Assembly (NCBI GenBank): GCA_019694795.1
Contig: JAIBBF010000012.1
Coordinates: forward strand, 11,573 to 75,572
From: Flavobacteriales bacterium
GTDB lineage: Bacteria; Bacteroidota; Bacteroidia; Flavobacteriales_D; UBA2798
Length of the DNA: 64,000 nt
Reading direction: 5' to 3'
The notes under the pieces are model-generated. The model had not been told where the DNA came from and did not search any database. It saw only the letters and a list, made by a program, of their open reading frames with translations. Shown piece after piece: positions 38,478-48,759 of this stretch (within the stretch, counting starts at the first letter, position 1; each line of letters opens with the position of its first letter). A program made the position numbers and the translations under genes.

Positions 38478-39258
38478 ATTGCTTTTCATGATCCTTCTTT
38501 GCAGTTCTTTTTTTTCTGCACAAGCACAACAAGGCGACAGTCTATTTGTAAAGCACTTGTTTAAGAATGGACTTTTTTCCGAGGCTGAACAGTATTCGCT
38601 TCAGAATATGAGAAACGATTCAACATTCGCATTCCATTACCTGGCGCGAAGTTATTATAATAGCAATAAGGATTCCGCTCTCGTACATCTCCTGCAACTC
38701 CACCCGAAAACATTTGAGTCCGACACCTCTCTTCTTTCTCAATTAAACCTTCGCTTACTGCTTCCATTGCATCCGATGCACCAGAAATGGTTTACTGAAG
38801 TAGCGCCTCTCTACAGCACCCATCTGCATTCGCCTTCCATTCAACTTTACGCTTTAGGAGAAAATCCATTTCAATATCCCCAATTGTCATGGCCTGAACC
38901 CGTGCAAAAAGAGTTGTTGCATTACCAAAAAATGTATCGCAAAAAAAAATGGGTTGCGGGTGGACTATCCATCTTAATCCCCGGCGCCGGAAAACTATAC
39001 ATCGGAAGAAAAAACATGGCATTGAACACTTTCTTCTCGCATGTAATCATGGGAATTAATTTGTACGAATCCATCCATCAAGTAGGCTGGTCGAAACCCC
39101 TCACCTATTTAAACCTGGGATTTTTAGGCAGTATGTACCTGAGCAATATCGTAGGTACACTTCGTGATTTTAAAACGAGAAAAAAAGAATTAAAAACACA
39201 ATTCCTCTATAGTGCATATCAAGCGTATCATCCTTATTCTGCTGTTATTCTCTATTAA
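38470..39258 (+). CDS. hypothetical membrane protein, paralog 1 (signal peptide, helical N-domain, PGxGxxYxG membrane domain)
   Basis: MNKLLFMILLCSSFFSAQAQQ signal. The ATG overlaps the YidD-like gene by 8 nt. Membrane segment WVAGGLSILIPGAGKLYIGRKNMALNTFFSHVIMGINLY. Confidence 0.65.
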   Translation: MNKLLFMILLCSSFFSAQAQQGDSLFVKHLFKNGLFSEAEQYSLQNMRNDSTFAFHYLARSYYNSNKDSALVHLLQLHPKTFESDTSLLSQLNLRLLLPLHPMHQKWFTEVAPLYSTHLHSPSIQLYALGENPFQYPQLSWPEPVQKELLHYQKMYRKKKWVAGGLSILIPGAGKLYIGRKNMALNTFFSHVIMGINLYESIHQVGWSKPLTYLNLGFLGSMYLSNIVGTLRDFKTRKKELKTQFLYSAYQAYHPYSAVILY

Positions 39259-40027
39259 ACCGCAGATTTTTGCGCAGGAGAATATTGCCGACAGTCTGCT
39301 GGCAATTGAATACCGCATTTATAAAAGTGAGAATGATACCCTGGTCCAACAATTATTACTTCAACGATATCAACTTCAGCTCCATCACAAAGCTTCCATT
39401 GCGGAAATCAACAAGACGTTAAGTCGAATCGATTTAACCTTGATTACAGACTCTATCGTGCGAAAAAAAATGCATTGGAACAAAACATTAGGAACCTACC
39501 TCAATGGCGAATTTGATTCCAGCGAAGCTTATACCAAATCGTATCTAGCGTATTACGGAGAAGGAGATACGGATATATGGACCTTAAATTATCTCAACCT
39601 CCACCAAAAAAAATCAGAAAAAGAAAAAGAAGCGTTAACGCGTTTAATTCAAATTGATTCCTCCTATCAGGCATTGAATTGCATATGCGAAGTGGAAGAC
39701 TATGAATTAAAACATCCCGGATTTTATAAAATCTCTTCCATTCTTGTTCCGGGATCGGGATTGATTTTTCTTGGTAAACCCATAAAGGGAGGAATCGCAT
39801 TAGGCATTAGCACACTGACCGTCTTTGCCATTGCCGATTTATTTTTTAAATCCACCTGGTTCAATATGATCTATTGGGGAGGGAGCTTGATTGATAAATT
39901 TTATCTGGGACAAATCCGTTTAACCGAAAAACTGACGCAAGAAAAACAAGCGCAAAAAAAAGCGGAGCTGGCAGGTACTTGCCAACTCCGCATTCAGTTT
40001 ATAACGGGAGGAATTGATTTCAGATAA
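39212..40027 (+). CDS. hypothetical membrane protein, paralog 2 (same architecture)
   Basis: GTG start overlapping paralog 1 by 47 nt. Signal-like IILILLLFSIKPQIFAQ. Membrane segment ISSILVPGSGLIFLGKPIKGGIALGISTLTVFAIADLFF. Confidence 0.6.
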   Translation: MHIKRIILILLLFSIKPQIFAQENIADSLLAIEYRIYKSENDTLVQQLLLQRYQLQLHHKASIAEINKTLSRIDLTLITDSIVRKKMHWNKTLGTYLNGEFDSSEAYTKSYLAYYGEGDTDIWTLNYLNLHQKKSEKEKEALTRLIQIDSSYQALNCICEVEDYELKHPGFYKISSILVPGSGLIFLGKPIKGGIALGISTLTVFAIADLFFKSTWFNMIYWGGSLIDKFYLGQIRLTEKLTQEKQAQKKAELAGTCQLRIQFITGGIDFR

Positions 40028-40034
40028 AAATCTC

Positions 40035-41743
40035 TTACTTTTTCTTCTTCTTCTTTTCCATTTCCATTGGAAAAATATTCCCGTAAAATACTTTTTGTTT
40101 ACTCGAGTACATACCCACTTTGGAATTCATAACAAAAAATTGATTATCCATAGAATAAATAGCTGCCGCAGAAATCCATCTTCTGTCTCTCTTCTTTACA
40201 TCTTTAGCATTGATCTCGTATTCTACTTTTTCATATTTACCATTCCCAATATTAAACACCGCATATTCTAAGGTATTTCGGGCAACTTTACCTTTTTTCT
40301 TCGATAACCCCGATTTTGAAGAAGCATTATCACGCATAATCGAACCATAAATAACATAATAGGTTTCCTCATCTTTAATGACATTAACATCCATTATATC
40401 CCATCCACTATAAGTTATAGCACGATTCAGATTCGATGCCCATTTAATGGTTCCTTCAGGAGAAAGTCTAAAACCGGTAACATTTCTCTTGTTGCAATAA
40501 TAATGAGTTACGCATTGTCCTTTTGAATTACAGGTGGTGGTAGAATAGTTATTCATAATAGAACAAAATATTACCGCATCTCCATCCGGCAACATATCAG
40601 CGTATTCAATGGTGTATTGATTATTTAATGCTTCATCCGCACCTTTGGCCTTTTGCTTTTTTGTTTTTGCCTTGGTCTGATCTGTTTTATCTTTTAAATA
40701 CAACTGGTCCAATAAGGCCTTATCGAAATTGGTAAAGTTGAGATTGGTTATTTCATAATTTTCGAGGCTAATCTGTCCGGTAAAATTCCATGTGTTGTTC
40801 TTCCTTTTGGATCTTTCAGCATATCGCAAAAGAAACCGTAACACTGAATGCGATCGGGACCCAGATCATAATGAAAATCGAAAATATTTTTATCCTCAAA
40901 TTGAAAAAGGGCATTTTCTGTTTGACCCGTCTCTACATCCACATGAATAAACATTGGATACATTTCATAACCATATTTTTTCTTCCGGCCATTGATGACC
41001 ATATTATTACCCTCTTCACTTACAATGAAGGTTTTAATATGAATATCACCATCTTCACCCAATTGGTAAGCGCCGCCTGCACTACGGGTATTTAAAAGCG
41101 CAATCGGAAGTTTGGATTTCAATTTTGATCCGGTGCTTAAACTGGCGTCCATCGTCATAAACTCAATGGAAATATCTTCATCCTTCCTCGCCGGAAGCTC
41201 AGATCCGATAACAACATAATCTGAGAAATTTTTATTATCCAGTACAAAAACAGAGGCATCCTTCGCTTTACGCTCATCCAGATTTTTAACTTCATACACT
41301 TTTTTTAGCGCTTCCTTCTTCCCTAATAAGGCATCAAAGGTCTGCGCCCATAATTCGGTTCTTTCTTTGGTAGATTTAGACCAAAACACATACACATTTT
41401 CGTTGGTAGCAACCACTTTATGAAAACTCATTCCTTTGAACTTACTGCTACTGGAACCGCGTTCTTTTTTCTGGTCAATCAGCGTTACAATTCCCATTTT
41501 TTTCATCGATCCCCGGTCAAGAGCAAGTAATGAATGCGTATAAATTTTATTTTTCCGCATTGTTCCATTATTTAGAAGCAAGTAAATATTGTCTTCATTA
41601 TAACCAACAATTCTACTTAACCAACCGTTATCGCTTTTGGTATAAACTTGTTCGGGTGTCCAACGCACTTTTAATCGTTGGGCCGACAGCGTTGAAACAT
41701 TTGCAAGAATTAAAAGGACAATTACAAAAAGATTTTTTTTCAT
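40035..41743 (-). pseudogene. secreted hypothetical protein of about 570 codons, interrupted by a frameshift
   Basis: ORFs 40748-41743 and 40035-40844 overlap in different frames. They read through naturally (..GFFCDMLKDPK | RKNNTWNFTGQISLENY..) if the A4 run (T4 at 40805-40808 on the plus strand) were A5. Signal peptide MKKNLFVIVLLILANVSTLSAQ. Confidence 0.7.
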
Positions 41744-41994
41744 GAATAAGAGGTTAATAGGTAATGAATTCAGATTTAAAAAAATTAATTATTGCTTTTC
41801 CGGGTACAGGAGGACTTAGTGTATAAACAAGAAATACAAAAAAGTTACCATCAAATTTTAGCTTGCCGGAATGGGAACGAAAATAAGAGACAGGATGCAA
41901 ACGAAATGGCAGAATGATTATTTGAACGATTTAAAAAATTATTTGTAAAAAAAGGGAAAAAAGGACAATGAAACAATAACCAAAAATGGTCAAT

Positions 41995-42429
41995 TTACAA
42001 GTCAACCCGCTCTGCAATCATGCGGTTACCGTGCTGGGAAAATTTCCAATTCGAATCGAAAATAAATTTCAGGTAACGATTATATAACATCAATCGCTTG
42101 GTAGCTTCATCGGCCGATTCATTTTCCTTCGGCTCTCCGGTAAATTCTACCAAACGTAAATTAGGATGCTCAATCATGTAATTGCGTACAATTTTCACAA
42201 TGGTGGCCATTACACGGTACACTTCACCACGGTTGGTAACGGAATACTCTTCTCCGCCAAACTCTTCGTTTAGTACACCAAATGCTACGGTTGCGTGCAA
42301 TAAATTATCCTTTTTCCGTGCAAAACGAACTTCGTATTCTATTCCCGAATCGGTCGTAAACAGATACACACTGCCGGAGCTAATGGCAGGGGGAGTGATC
42401 TGATAAGGTATTACGCCGGTAGGATTCAT
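41995..42429 (-). CDS. hypothetical protein (144 aa)
   Basis: Clean ORF with no competing frame. No motif recognised. It is followed by 250 nt of AT-rich non-coding sequence. Confidence 0.55.
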   Translation of the reverse strand: MNPTGVIPYQITPPAISSGSVYLFTTDSGIEYEVRFARKKDNLLHATVAFGVLNEEFGGEEYSVTNRGEVYRVMATIVKIVRNYMIEHPNLRLVEFTGEPKENESADEATKRLMLYNRYLKFIFDSNWKFSQHGNRMIAERVDL

Positions 42430-42453
42430 TTATTTAATATGGGTTAAAAATAA

Positions 42454-42461
42454 TATTTTTG
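42454..42461 (+). promoter_or_regulatory. TAnnTTTG -7 box (TATTTTTG) upstream of the DjlA-like gene
   Basis: Exact -7 consensus 25 nt upstream of the ATG at 42487. Confidence 0.45.
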
Positions 42462-42486
42462 GTCATTCGTCTGCAAAGATAGAACT

Positions 42487-43230
42487 ATGGCAAAATTTGG
42501 AAAATGGATTGGAGGTGGTCTCGGATGGGGTCTTGGCGGACCTATCGGGGCAATTTTTGGCTTTGCGGTCGGAAGCATGATTGATGCCACCTCATTCGAG
42601 AAAAGCGACGATCCCAATCAAAACCGCGAGCAATACCGCTACCACACCCGTCCGGGTGATTTCACTGCTTCACTTCTGGTGCTCACCGCAGTAGTGATGC
42701 GGGCAGATGGAAAAGTGATGAAATCGGAACTGGATTACGTAAAATCCTTCTTTCTGAGAAATTTTGGGGAAGCCACCACCAGGATGCACATGCAAAGCCT
42801 GAAGGAATTGCTCGAAAAAGATATACCGGTAAGAGATGTATGTCTGGAAATCAGGCATTATATGGAGCACCCTGCCCGACTCCAACTGCTATATTACCTG
42901 TTCGGAATAGCCGCCGCAGATGGCAAAATCGATAAAACGGAACTCGATGTTCTGCATCAAATATCCAGCTACCTCGGAGTGAATCCGCGGGATTTCGAAT
43001 CGTTGAAGGCCACTTTGTATAAGGACACCGATAGCGCTTATAAAATCCTTGAAATTGAAGCGAATGCCAGCGACGAGGACGTTAAAAAGGCCTATCGTAA
43101 AATGGCTGTGAAGTACCATCCGGACAAAGTAGCCAGCCTGGGCGAGGAACATCAGCGGGCTGCAAAAGAGAAATTCCAGAAGGTACAAGAAGCCTACGAT
43201 GCCATTCGGAAAGAGCGTGGCATGGCCTAA
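42487..43230 (+). CDS. DjlA-like co-chaperone (Gly-zipper membrane anchor, TerB domain, C-terminal J domain)
   Basis: N-terminal GGGLGWGLGGPIGAIFGFAVG, a TerB-like middle (ADGKVMKSELDYV ... AADGKIDKTELDVL) and a J domain (AYKILEIEANASDEDVKKAYRKMAVKYHPDK). Confidence 0.85.
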   Translation: MAKFGKWIGGGLGWGLGGPIGAIFGFAVGSMIDATSFEKSDDPNQNREQYRYHTRPGDFTASLLVLTAVVMRADGKVMKSELDYVKSFFLRNFGEATTRMHMQSLKELLEKDIPVRDVCLEIRHYMEHPARLQLLYYLFGIAAADGKIDKTELDVLHQISSYLGVNPRDFESLKATLYKDTDSAYKILEIEANASDEDVKKAYRKMAVKYHPDKVASLGEEHQRAAKEKFQKVQEAYDAIRKERGMA

Positions 43231-43316
43231 GATTTACCAACAAATTGATGCTCCCTGTTGAAAACAGGTCATTCCTCTAATTGAGACCTCGTATTTTAGA
43301 GCATAATTTCAGAAGT

Positions 43317-43676
43317 ATGGAGACGAAAAAATTTAACGAAGAAACCCTAAGCGCGGTTGTACGGAAGAAAAACATTCTTCTCGTTATCGAGTATTGCCTC
43401 GAAAATAAAATTGAATTCGTTGTTACCCCGGGTAATTCAAACGATGAATTTATGATCGGATTTGTAATCCGCGATCTTGGCACTGCCGTTGCACTTGGTA
43501 TGTCGCTAAAAGATCTGAAGATCGATTTGCAGGGTATGCCCAATTTTGTTTCCGTGAATAGTATCCGTAACGGAAAAAAATCGGCTGATACACCTAAAAA
43601 CGCCAAAGAAGAGGAAACGCACAACGAATTGGCTACACTCGAAAACACGCTTAAATTCGATATGGAAACGGCTTAA
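43317..43676 (+). CDS. hypothetical protein (119 aa)
   Basis: Plus-strand ORF followed by a strong plus-strand terminator, so it is preferred over the antisense ORF 43277-43648. No motif recognised. Confidence 0.5.
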   Translation: METKKFNEETLSAVVRKKNILLVIEYCLENKIEFVVTPGNSNDEFMIGFVIRDLGTAVALGMSLKDLKIDLQGMPNFVSVNSIRNGKKSADTPKNAKEEETHNELATLENTLKFDMETA

Positions 43677-43701
43677 ATTCAAAATGAATGAAAAGCAAAA
43701 G

Positions 43702-43728
43702 GGAGGACGGAAAGAGTCCTCCTTTTTT
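43702..43728 (+). terminator. rho-independent terminator
   Basis: GGAGGAC-GGAAAGA-GTCCTCC hairpin (43702-43722) followed by T6. Confidence 0.75.
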
Positions 43729-43758
43729 ATTGCTAGTTTTGTGGTATAATTTAAGGTT

Positions 43759-44304
43759 ATGAGTCAAAAACAAGATCAAATCCGGGAACAATTGCTTAAG
43801 GATTTAAATTCCGGCGATCAGCATACGGTATTAGAGAGCATAAAAAAAATAAAAAGTCTGGGAGATGCCTCTTATATTTTCCCGCTACTCGATAAATGGT
43901 TTTCATCACACGGTGAGGTTGAACAAGAGTTGACCGAATTATTATATACACTCAAGGATAAAAAAGTAAACGAGGTTTTGGTGGACGCACTCGATGAAAA
44001 ACGATTCATTCCGCAGCGCGCAAAAATCATGACTATATTCTGGAACGCCGGATTAGAACCGAAAGAATTTCTTTCTACGTTTATACGGATTGCTCTGGAA
44101 GGAGATTTTATGACCGCACTGGAATGTCTCACGCTGATTGAAAACATGGAACCTCCTTTTCCGGAAGAAGAATTAATGGATGGTTTGATTCAGCTTAAAG
44201 AATATTTTGCAAAACCGGGTATCGATCAGGAAGAAAAATACACCTTAATTCAAACCATCACTACCATAGTAAAAGTGCACGACGATAATCAGATCATCGA
44301 TTAA
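43759..44304 (+). CDS. hypothetical helical-repeat (HEAT/ARM-like) protein
   Basis: 181-aa all-helical-looking ORF (..HTVLESIKKIKSLGDASYIFPLLDKW.. repeats). Its stop abuts the convergent purC stop. Confidence 0.55.
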   Translation: MSQKQDQIREQLLKDLNSGDQHTVLESIKKIKSLGDASYIFPLLDKWFSSHGEVEQELTELLYTLKDKKVNEVLVDALDEKRFIPQRAKIMTIFWNAGLEPKEFLSTFIRIALEGDFMTALECLTLIENMEPPFPEEELMDGLIQLKEYFAKPGIDQEEKYTLIQTITTIVKVHDDNQIID

Positions 44305-45249
44305 TTATTGCGCTTTTAAAAATGTCAGCACATTTTTTTCAACGCGTTCTGCGATATGGTCAGAAGAAGCGCGTTCGAATTTTTTACCGCTAACTTTTTC
44401 GTATAATTCGATGTAACGTTCAGTTACGGAATTTACAAAAGCATCGTCCATATTCGGAATTTGTTGTCCGTCCTTACCCTGAAATCCGTTTGCAATTAAC
44501 CATTGACGTACAAATTCTTTACTCAATTGTTTTTGCTCTTCTCCGTTTTTCTGGCGCTCTTCATATCCTTCCGCATAAAAATAGCGTGAAGAATCGGGTG
44601 TGTGAATTTCATCTATCAGATAAATTTTTCCGTCTTTTTTTCCGAATTCATATTTGGTATCCACCAAAATCAATCCCTTTTCACGCGCCATTTCCACTCC
44701 GCGCTGATAAACGGCACGGGTGTATTTTTCTAACTGAACATAATCTTCTTCCGAAACAATTCCGCGTGCAATAATTTCCTCGCGCGAAATATCTTCATCA
44801 TGACCTTCACTCGCTTTGGTTGTAGGCGTAATAATCGGCTCGGGAAGCGGATCGTTTTCTTTTAATCCTTCCGGTAATTTTACGCCGCATAAAACACGCT
44901 TACCCGCTTTGTATTCACGCGCTGCGTGACCAGCAAGATAACCGCGAATAACCATTTCCACTTTAAAGGGAGCACATAGGTGACCCACCGTAACATTCGG
45001 ATCCGGTTGCGCAATTACCCAATTGGGAACGATATCTGCAGTGGCAGCAAGAAAATGTCCTGCCAGTTGATTCAACACTTGTCCCTTAAACGGAATTCCT
45101 TTCGGTAATACCACATCAAAAGCAGAAATACGATCCGATACAACCATCACTAAAAACTGATCGTTGATGTTGTATACATCTCTTACTTTCCCTTTGTAAA
45201 AGGATTTTTGTCCGGGTAAATTAAACTGTGTTGCGGTTAATGCGTTCAT
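44305..45249 (-). CDS. purC: phosphoribosylaminoimidazole-succinocarboxamide (SAICAR) synthase
   Basis: YKGKVRDVY ... VSDRISAFD ... [11 protein letters not shown] motifs; long (about 314-aa) form. Confidence 0.93.
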   Translation of the reverse strand: MNALTATQFNLPGQKSFYKGKVRDVYNINDQFLVMVVSDRISAFDVVLPKGIPFKGQVLNQLAGHFLAATADIVPNWVIAQPDPNVTVGHLCAPFKVEMVIRGYLAGHAAREYKAGKRVLCGVKLPEGLKENDPLPEPIITPTTKASEGHDEDISREEIIARGIVSEEDYVQLEKYTRAVYQRGVEMAREKGLILVDTKYEFGKKDGKIYLIDEIHTPDSSRYFYAEGYEERQKNGEEQKQLSKEFVRQWLIANGFQGKDGQQIPNMDDAFVNSVTERYIELYEKVSGKKFERASSDHIAERVEKNVLTFLKAQ

Positions 45250-45251
45250 GA

Positions 45252-46250
45252 TTATTTTTTTCTGCGGTAAATTCTTTTTTCTTGCGACGAATCATCGTCC
45301 TTTTCTTCTTTGGGTGTAACTTTTTCAAATGCATCAATGATGTGTTTTACCAATTTATGGCGAATCACATCCCGTCCATCGAGAAATACAAATCCGATGG
45401 TTTCAACTTCCTGCAATACCTTAATGGCTTTTATTAATCCCGAAGGTTGATTGCGTGGTAAATCTACCTGAGTTACATCACCTGTAATAACAAACTTTGC
45501 ACTCATTCCCATTCGGGTAAGAAACATTTTCATTTGGGCTTCAGTAGCATTCTGAGCTTCATCCAAAATTACAAAGGCCTTATCCAATGTTCGTCCACGC
45601 ATAAAGGCAAGCGGTGCAATTTGAATGGTTCCCTGCTCAATGAATTCTTTTAATTTTTCGGGAGGCAACATATCGCGCAATGCATCATACAAAGGTTGCA
45701 GATACGGATCCAGTTTTTCCTTTAAATCGCCCGGAAGAAATCCTAAATTTTCGCCGGCTTCAACAGCGGGACGAGTCAAAATAATCCTTCTTACCTCTTT
45801 ATTTTTTAACGCCTTTACAGCCAAAGCAACAGCGGTGTAGGTTTTTCCCGTACCGGCCGGACCAATCGCAAATACCATGTCGTGTTTCGACATCATATCC
45901 ACCAATTTCCGTTGATTGGGAGTGCGTGCTTTAATTTGTAAACCGGAATTACCGTATACAATAACATCTTCGCCCAAAGGTTTTGCCGCTTCGCCGGAAT
46001 CGTCGAGCATCAAATGCTCAATATTATTTTCGGTGAGCTTATGGTATTTATTGTAATGGTCAATTAACAACTCAAGTTTACTTTCGAAAACCGACAATTG
46101 ATCATCATCACCAATCGCTTTTAGGGTTGTACCGCGAGCAATGATTTTCAGTTTAGGAAAGTACTTTCGAATGAGGTCCAGCTTGGTATCATTGATGCCA
46201 AACAACTCCACCGGATTGATAGAATTGATCTCGAAAATTTTTTCTTTCAA
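45252..46250 (-). CDS. phoH: PhoH family ATPase
   Basis: Walker [12 protein letters not shown], Walker [10 protein letters not shown] and GDVTQVDLP motifs. Confidence 0.92.
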   Translation of the reverse strand: MKEKIFEINSINPVELFGINDTKLDLIRKYFPKLKIIARGTTLKAIGDDDQLSVFESKLELLIDHYNKYHKLTENNIEHLMLDDSGEAAKPLGEDVIVYGNSGLQIKARTPNQRKLVDMMSKHDMVFAIGPAGTGKTYTAVALAVKALKNKEVRRIILTRPAVEAGENLGFLPGDLKEKLDPYLQPLYDALRDMLPPEKLKEFIEQGTIQIAPLAFMRGRTLDKAFVILDEAQNATEAQMKMFLTRMGMSAKFVITGDVTQVDLPRNQPSGLIKAIKVLQEVETIGFVFLDGRDVIRHKLVKHIIDAFEKVTPKEEKDDDSSQEKRIYRRKK

Positions 46251-46303
46251 TGCAATCTGATTTTAGTCACCACCCTTCTGCAGGGTGATCGAGTATTTCT
46301 GCT

Positions 46304-46311
46304 TACTTTTG
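46304..46311 (+). promoter_or_regulatory. TAnnTTTG -7 box (TACTTTTG)
   Basis: Exact -7 consensus 39 nt upstream of ATG 46351. It lies inside the longer ORF-track reading (46285), which argues for the shorter start. Confidence 0.4.
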
Positions 46312-46350
46312 TTCGAATTCAAAGTTAAGAATATTCCCTTTTCCGGAAAG

Positions 46351-47175
46351 ATGGCTGTAATAACTCTTACTACCGACATGGGCGACCGCGACTATTACGT
46401 TGCGGCCCTGAAAGGCGCGGTTTTACGCAGGCTTCCGGATGCGCGTTTAATTGACATTTCCCATAAAATATCCCCCTTCGATATTGCCCAGGCCTCTTTT
46501 GTAATTCGTAATGTTTACCGCGAATTTCCGGAGGGTACCATTCATATTATCGGCATTAATCCGGACCGGGTTAAGCGATTGAGTCCCTTCGACATGAGAG
46601 ATGAAGTAAAGCACGTGATCGTAGAAAAGGAGGGTCATTATTTCATCGGCGCCGATAATGGTATTTTCTCATTATTATTCGATGAGGCACCTGAGCGTAT
46701 CTTTGAAATAACGGTAGATACGGGCTACAATCCGGAGGTTTTCCCTGTTAAAAATGTTTTTATTCCCATCGCCTGCGACCTGGCCCAGGGAAAAATGCCC
46801 GAAGAATTAGGTTTCCCGATGGATTCCATTCACGAACGCGCTATTTTCCGTCCGGTTGTAGAACAAAACATGATCAAGGGCACCGTTATTTATATCGATA
46901 CCTATGGTAATGTAATCACCAACATCACGCGTGACTTATTCGAAAAAATAAAAGGCGATCGCGATTTTACCCTGTACTTCCGGAGTGAAGATTATGAAAT
47001 AACTGAAATATCGGGTTCATACGGTGAGGTACCGGAGGGAGAAAAAGTAGCCCTATTCGGCTCTTCCGGTCATTTAGAAATCGCCATTAACCGTGGTGTG
47101 GAAGGTTCTGGAGGTGGAGCTTCCAGCTTGTTCGGTTTGAAATTAAATGATACAATACGGATTGAATTTCAATAA
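46351..47175 (+). CDS. SAM hydroxide adenosyltransferase / SAM hydrolase family protein (DUF62)
   Basis: N-terminal ITLTTDMGDRDYYVAALKG, plus ..DTYGNVITNI.. and ..GSSGHLEIAINRG.. motifs typical of the family. Confidence 0.85.
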   Translation: MAVITLTTDMGDRDYYVAALKGAVLRRLPDARLIDISHKISPFDIAQASFVIRNVYREFPEGTIHIIGINPDRVKRLSPFDMRDEVKHVIVEKEGHYFIGADNGIFSLLFDEAPERIFEITVDTGYNPEVFPVKNVFIPIACDLAQGKMPEELGFPMDSIHERAIFRPVVEQNMIKGTVIYIDTYGNVITNITRDLFEKIKGDRDFTLYFRSEDYEITEISGSYGEVPEGEKVALFGSSGHLEIAINRGVEGSGGGASSLFGLKLNDTIRIEFQ

Positions 47176-47206
47176 GGACTTCTCTCCTAATCCAATTCTG
47201 TTAGTA

Positions 47207-48100
47207 TTAGCGCACCATAAATTCCGAAAGCGCATTCAGGTAATTTTCGAATCCCATTTTTTCCGGAACTTCACCATGATCTGCACCTTCTATCCGGTGT
47301 GCTTCTTTATAAACACCATTGTAATTAGCGAATACGACTTCACCATGGGTTTCTATTCCTAAAAACATATCCGCTCTGCCGTGAATCCAGAAAAAAGGTT
47401 GTTGAATGGATTTAATTTCTTCGGCATTATCAATTTGCAGGGATGTAAAAAATGAACCGGGAACAGCAAGTCCGCTTCCATCTTGTGCCATTACTTCAGC
47501 AGAAGCAAATGGAGCTTCAAGAATAATTTTTGAAGGTGTAATAGCAGCACCATGTGAAGAAATTTCACAAGCGGGAGCGGTGCCCATGGAGAATCCGTAA
47601 ATCACCAGACGATTACCCGACAAGCCATGATCCGCCAGCCATTGTATAGCGCCGCGTGTATCGGCATACAAGGCATCTTCCGAAGGATCTCCTTCCGACA
47701 ATCCGTATCCACGATAATCGAACATTAAAACACCATATCTGTTTTTACCACCGGTGTGAGCCAATAATTTTGCACGCTGCCAGTAAAAATCCATGTGCCA
47801 TTTATTTCCATGGCAATATAAAATCACGGTATCGGTCGAAATAGTGTTCAGATCTCCAATATAAATCGCCTGAATATTTTTTGCGGAGGACTCACCCGGA
47901 ATAACAGATGGAAAAGTAAATTGATAAATCAATGAATCCGGAATAGTGTAAGATGCATCAAGAATAAAATCCTGTTCTCCTGTATAATCGTCGAGGTAAT
48001 AACGATCAATGGGATCGGTGAGGTTAAAGAGGTTATCATCTAAGCGCAGACATGAGCTCAGGGATAAAATAAGAATAAAAAAGAAGATGATTTTTTTCAT
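47207..48100 (-). CDS. alpha/beta hydrolase lipoprotein
   Basis: Lipobox LSLSSC after MKKIIFFFILI, nucleophile elbow GFSMGT, and late D and H residues (HGRAD, GADHG). Start set at 48100. Confidence 0.8.
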   Translation of the reverse strand: MKKIIFFFILILSLSSCLRLDDNLFNLTDPIDRYYLDDYTGEQDFILDASYTIPDSLIYQFTFPSVIPGESSAKNIQAIYIGDLNTISTDTVILYCHGNKWHMDFYWQRAKLLAHTGGKNRYGVLMFDYRGYGLSEGDPSEDALYADTRGAIQWLADHGLSGNRLVIYGFSMGTAPACEISSHGAAITPSKIILEAPFASAEVMAQDGSGLAVPGSFFTSLQIDNAEEIKSIQQPFFWIHGRADMFLGIETHGEVVFANYNGVYKEAHRIEGADHGEVPEKMGFENYLNALSEFMVR

Positions 48101-48759
48101 CAGAATCGTCGTATAAATTGAAAATACAATCCCACTGCTCCATGTTCCTGAATGCCGACATAACTTACTGCATTGGGTAAATTCATTCTGCCGGGAGCCA
48201 GCCATCGTAATTCTGTTTCTAAACTCCAGTTTTTCTTTTTGAATGAATAGCCCAATTGTGGATACAACATCACTTGTTTATCCTGCTTCTGATCATGAGC
48301 ACGCATTCCGGATAATTCGAACCAGGATCCTAATCCACCATAAATAAAATCACCCCGTTTTCCGAGATGATAATACGAATTCCATTCAAGATTCGGCCAT
48401 AGTTTTGCTTTCCAGTCGTAACGGTCTATGGCGAAATTAAACGACAAGTTAGCCGACATTCCCCATTGGGAAGAATCGCTCCCCACAAAACGATACACCG
48501 CACCTCCATCCAATTGAATAACGCCATAGGCCAATGAAGTTCCATACACAGAACCATGCACCGTTAATTGATCCGTAATTCCTTTACCGTAAAAAAAGGA
48601 AGTATTGGGAATGGGAATGGATGCGCCACCATAGTGAATCATGGCTCCGCCTAAAGAACATCCTAGCGCTTGTTCACCTTTTTGAAGTGGTTTTACAAAG
48701 CGCGAAGGAGCACAAGAGGCAATGAAAATTACGGCTAAAATTAAAATCAGATTTTTCAT
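48100..48759 (-). CDS. hypothetical outer-membrane beta-barrel lipoprotein
   Basis: Lipobox IFIASC, Gly/aromatic-rich alternating strands and a terminal ..YFQFIRRF. Its stop overlaps the downstream ATG by 1 nt. Confidence 0.65.
   Translation of the reverse strand: MKNLILILAVIFIASCAPSRFVKPLQKGEQALGCSLGGAMIHYGGASIPIPNTSFFYGKGITDQLTVHGSVYGTSLAYGVIQLDGGAVYRFVGSDSSQWGMSANLSFNFAIDRYDWKAKLWPNLEWNSYYHLGKRGDFIYGGLGSWFELSGMRAHDQKQDKQVMLYPQLGYSFKKKNWSLETELRWLAPGRMNLPNAVSYVGIQEHGAVGLYFQFIRRF

Noticed and set aside
43277-43648. 123-aa minus-strand ORF antisense to the 119-aa plus-strand gene.
   Set aside because: Its composition is Ser/Phe/Leu-rich. A strong plus-strand terminator at 43702-43728 fits the plus-strand gene, and there is no signal for the minus-strand ORF.
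46285-46350. Longer start (46285) for the DUF62/SAM-hydrolase gene.
   Set aside because: The family-conserved N-terminus begins at MAVITLTTDMGDRDYY. In addition, a TAnnTTTG -7 box lies inside the extension.
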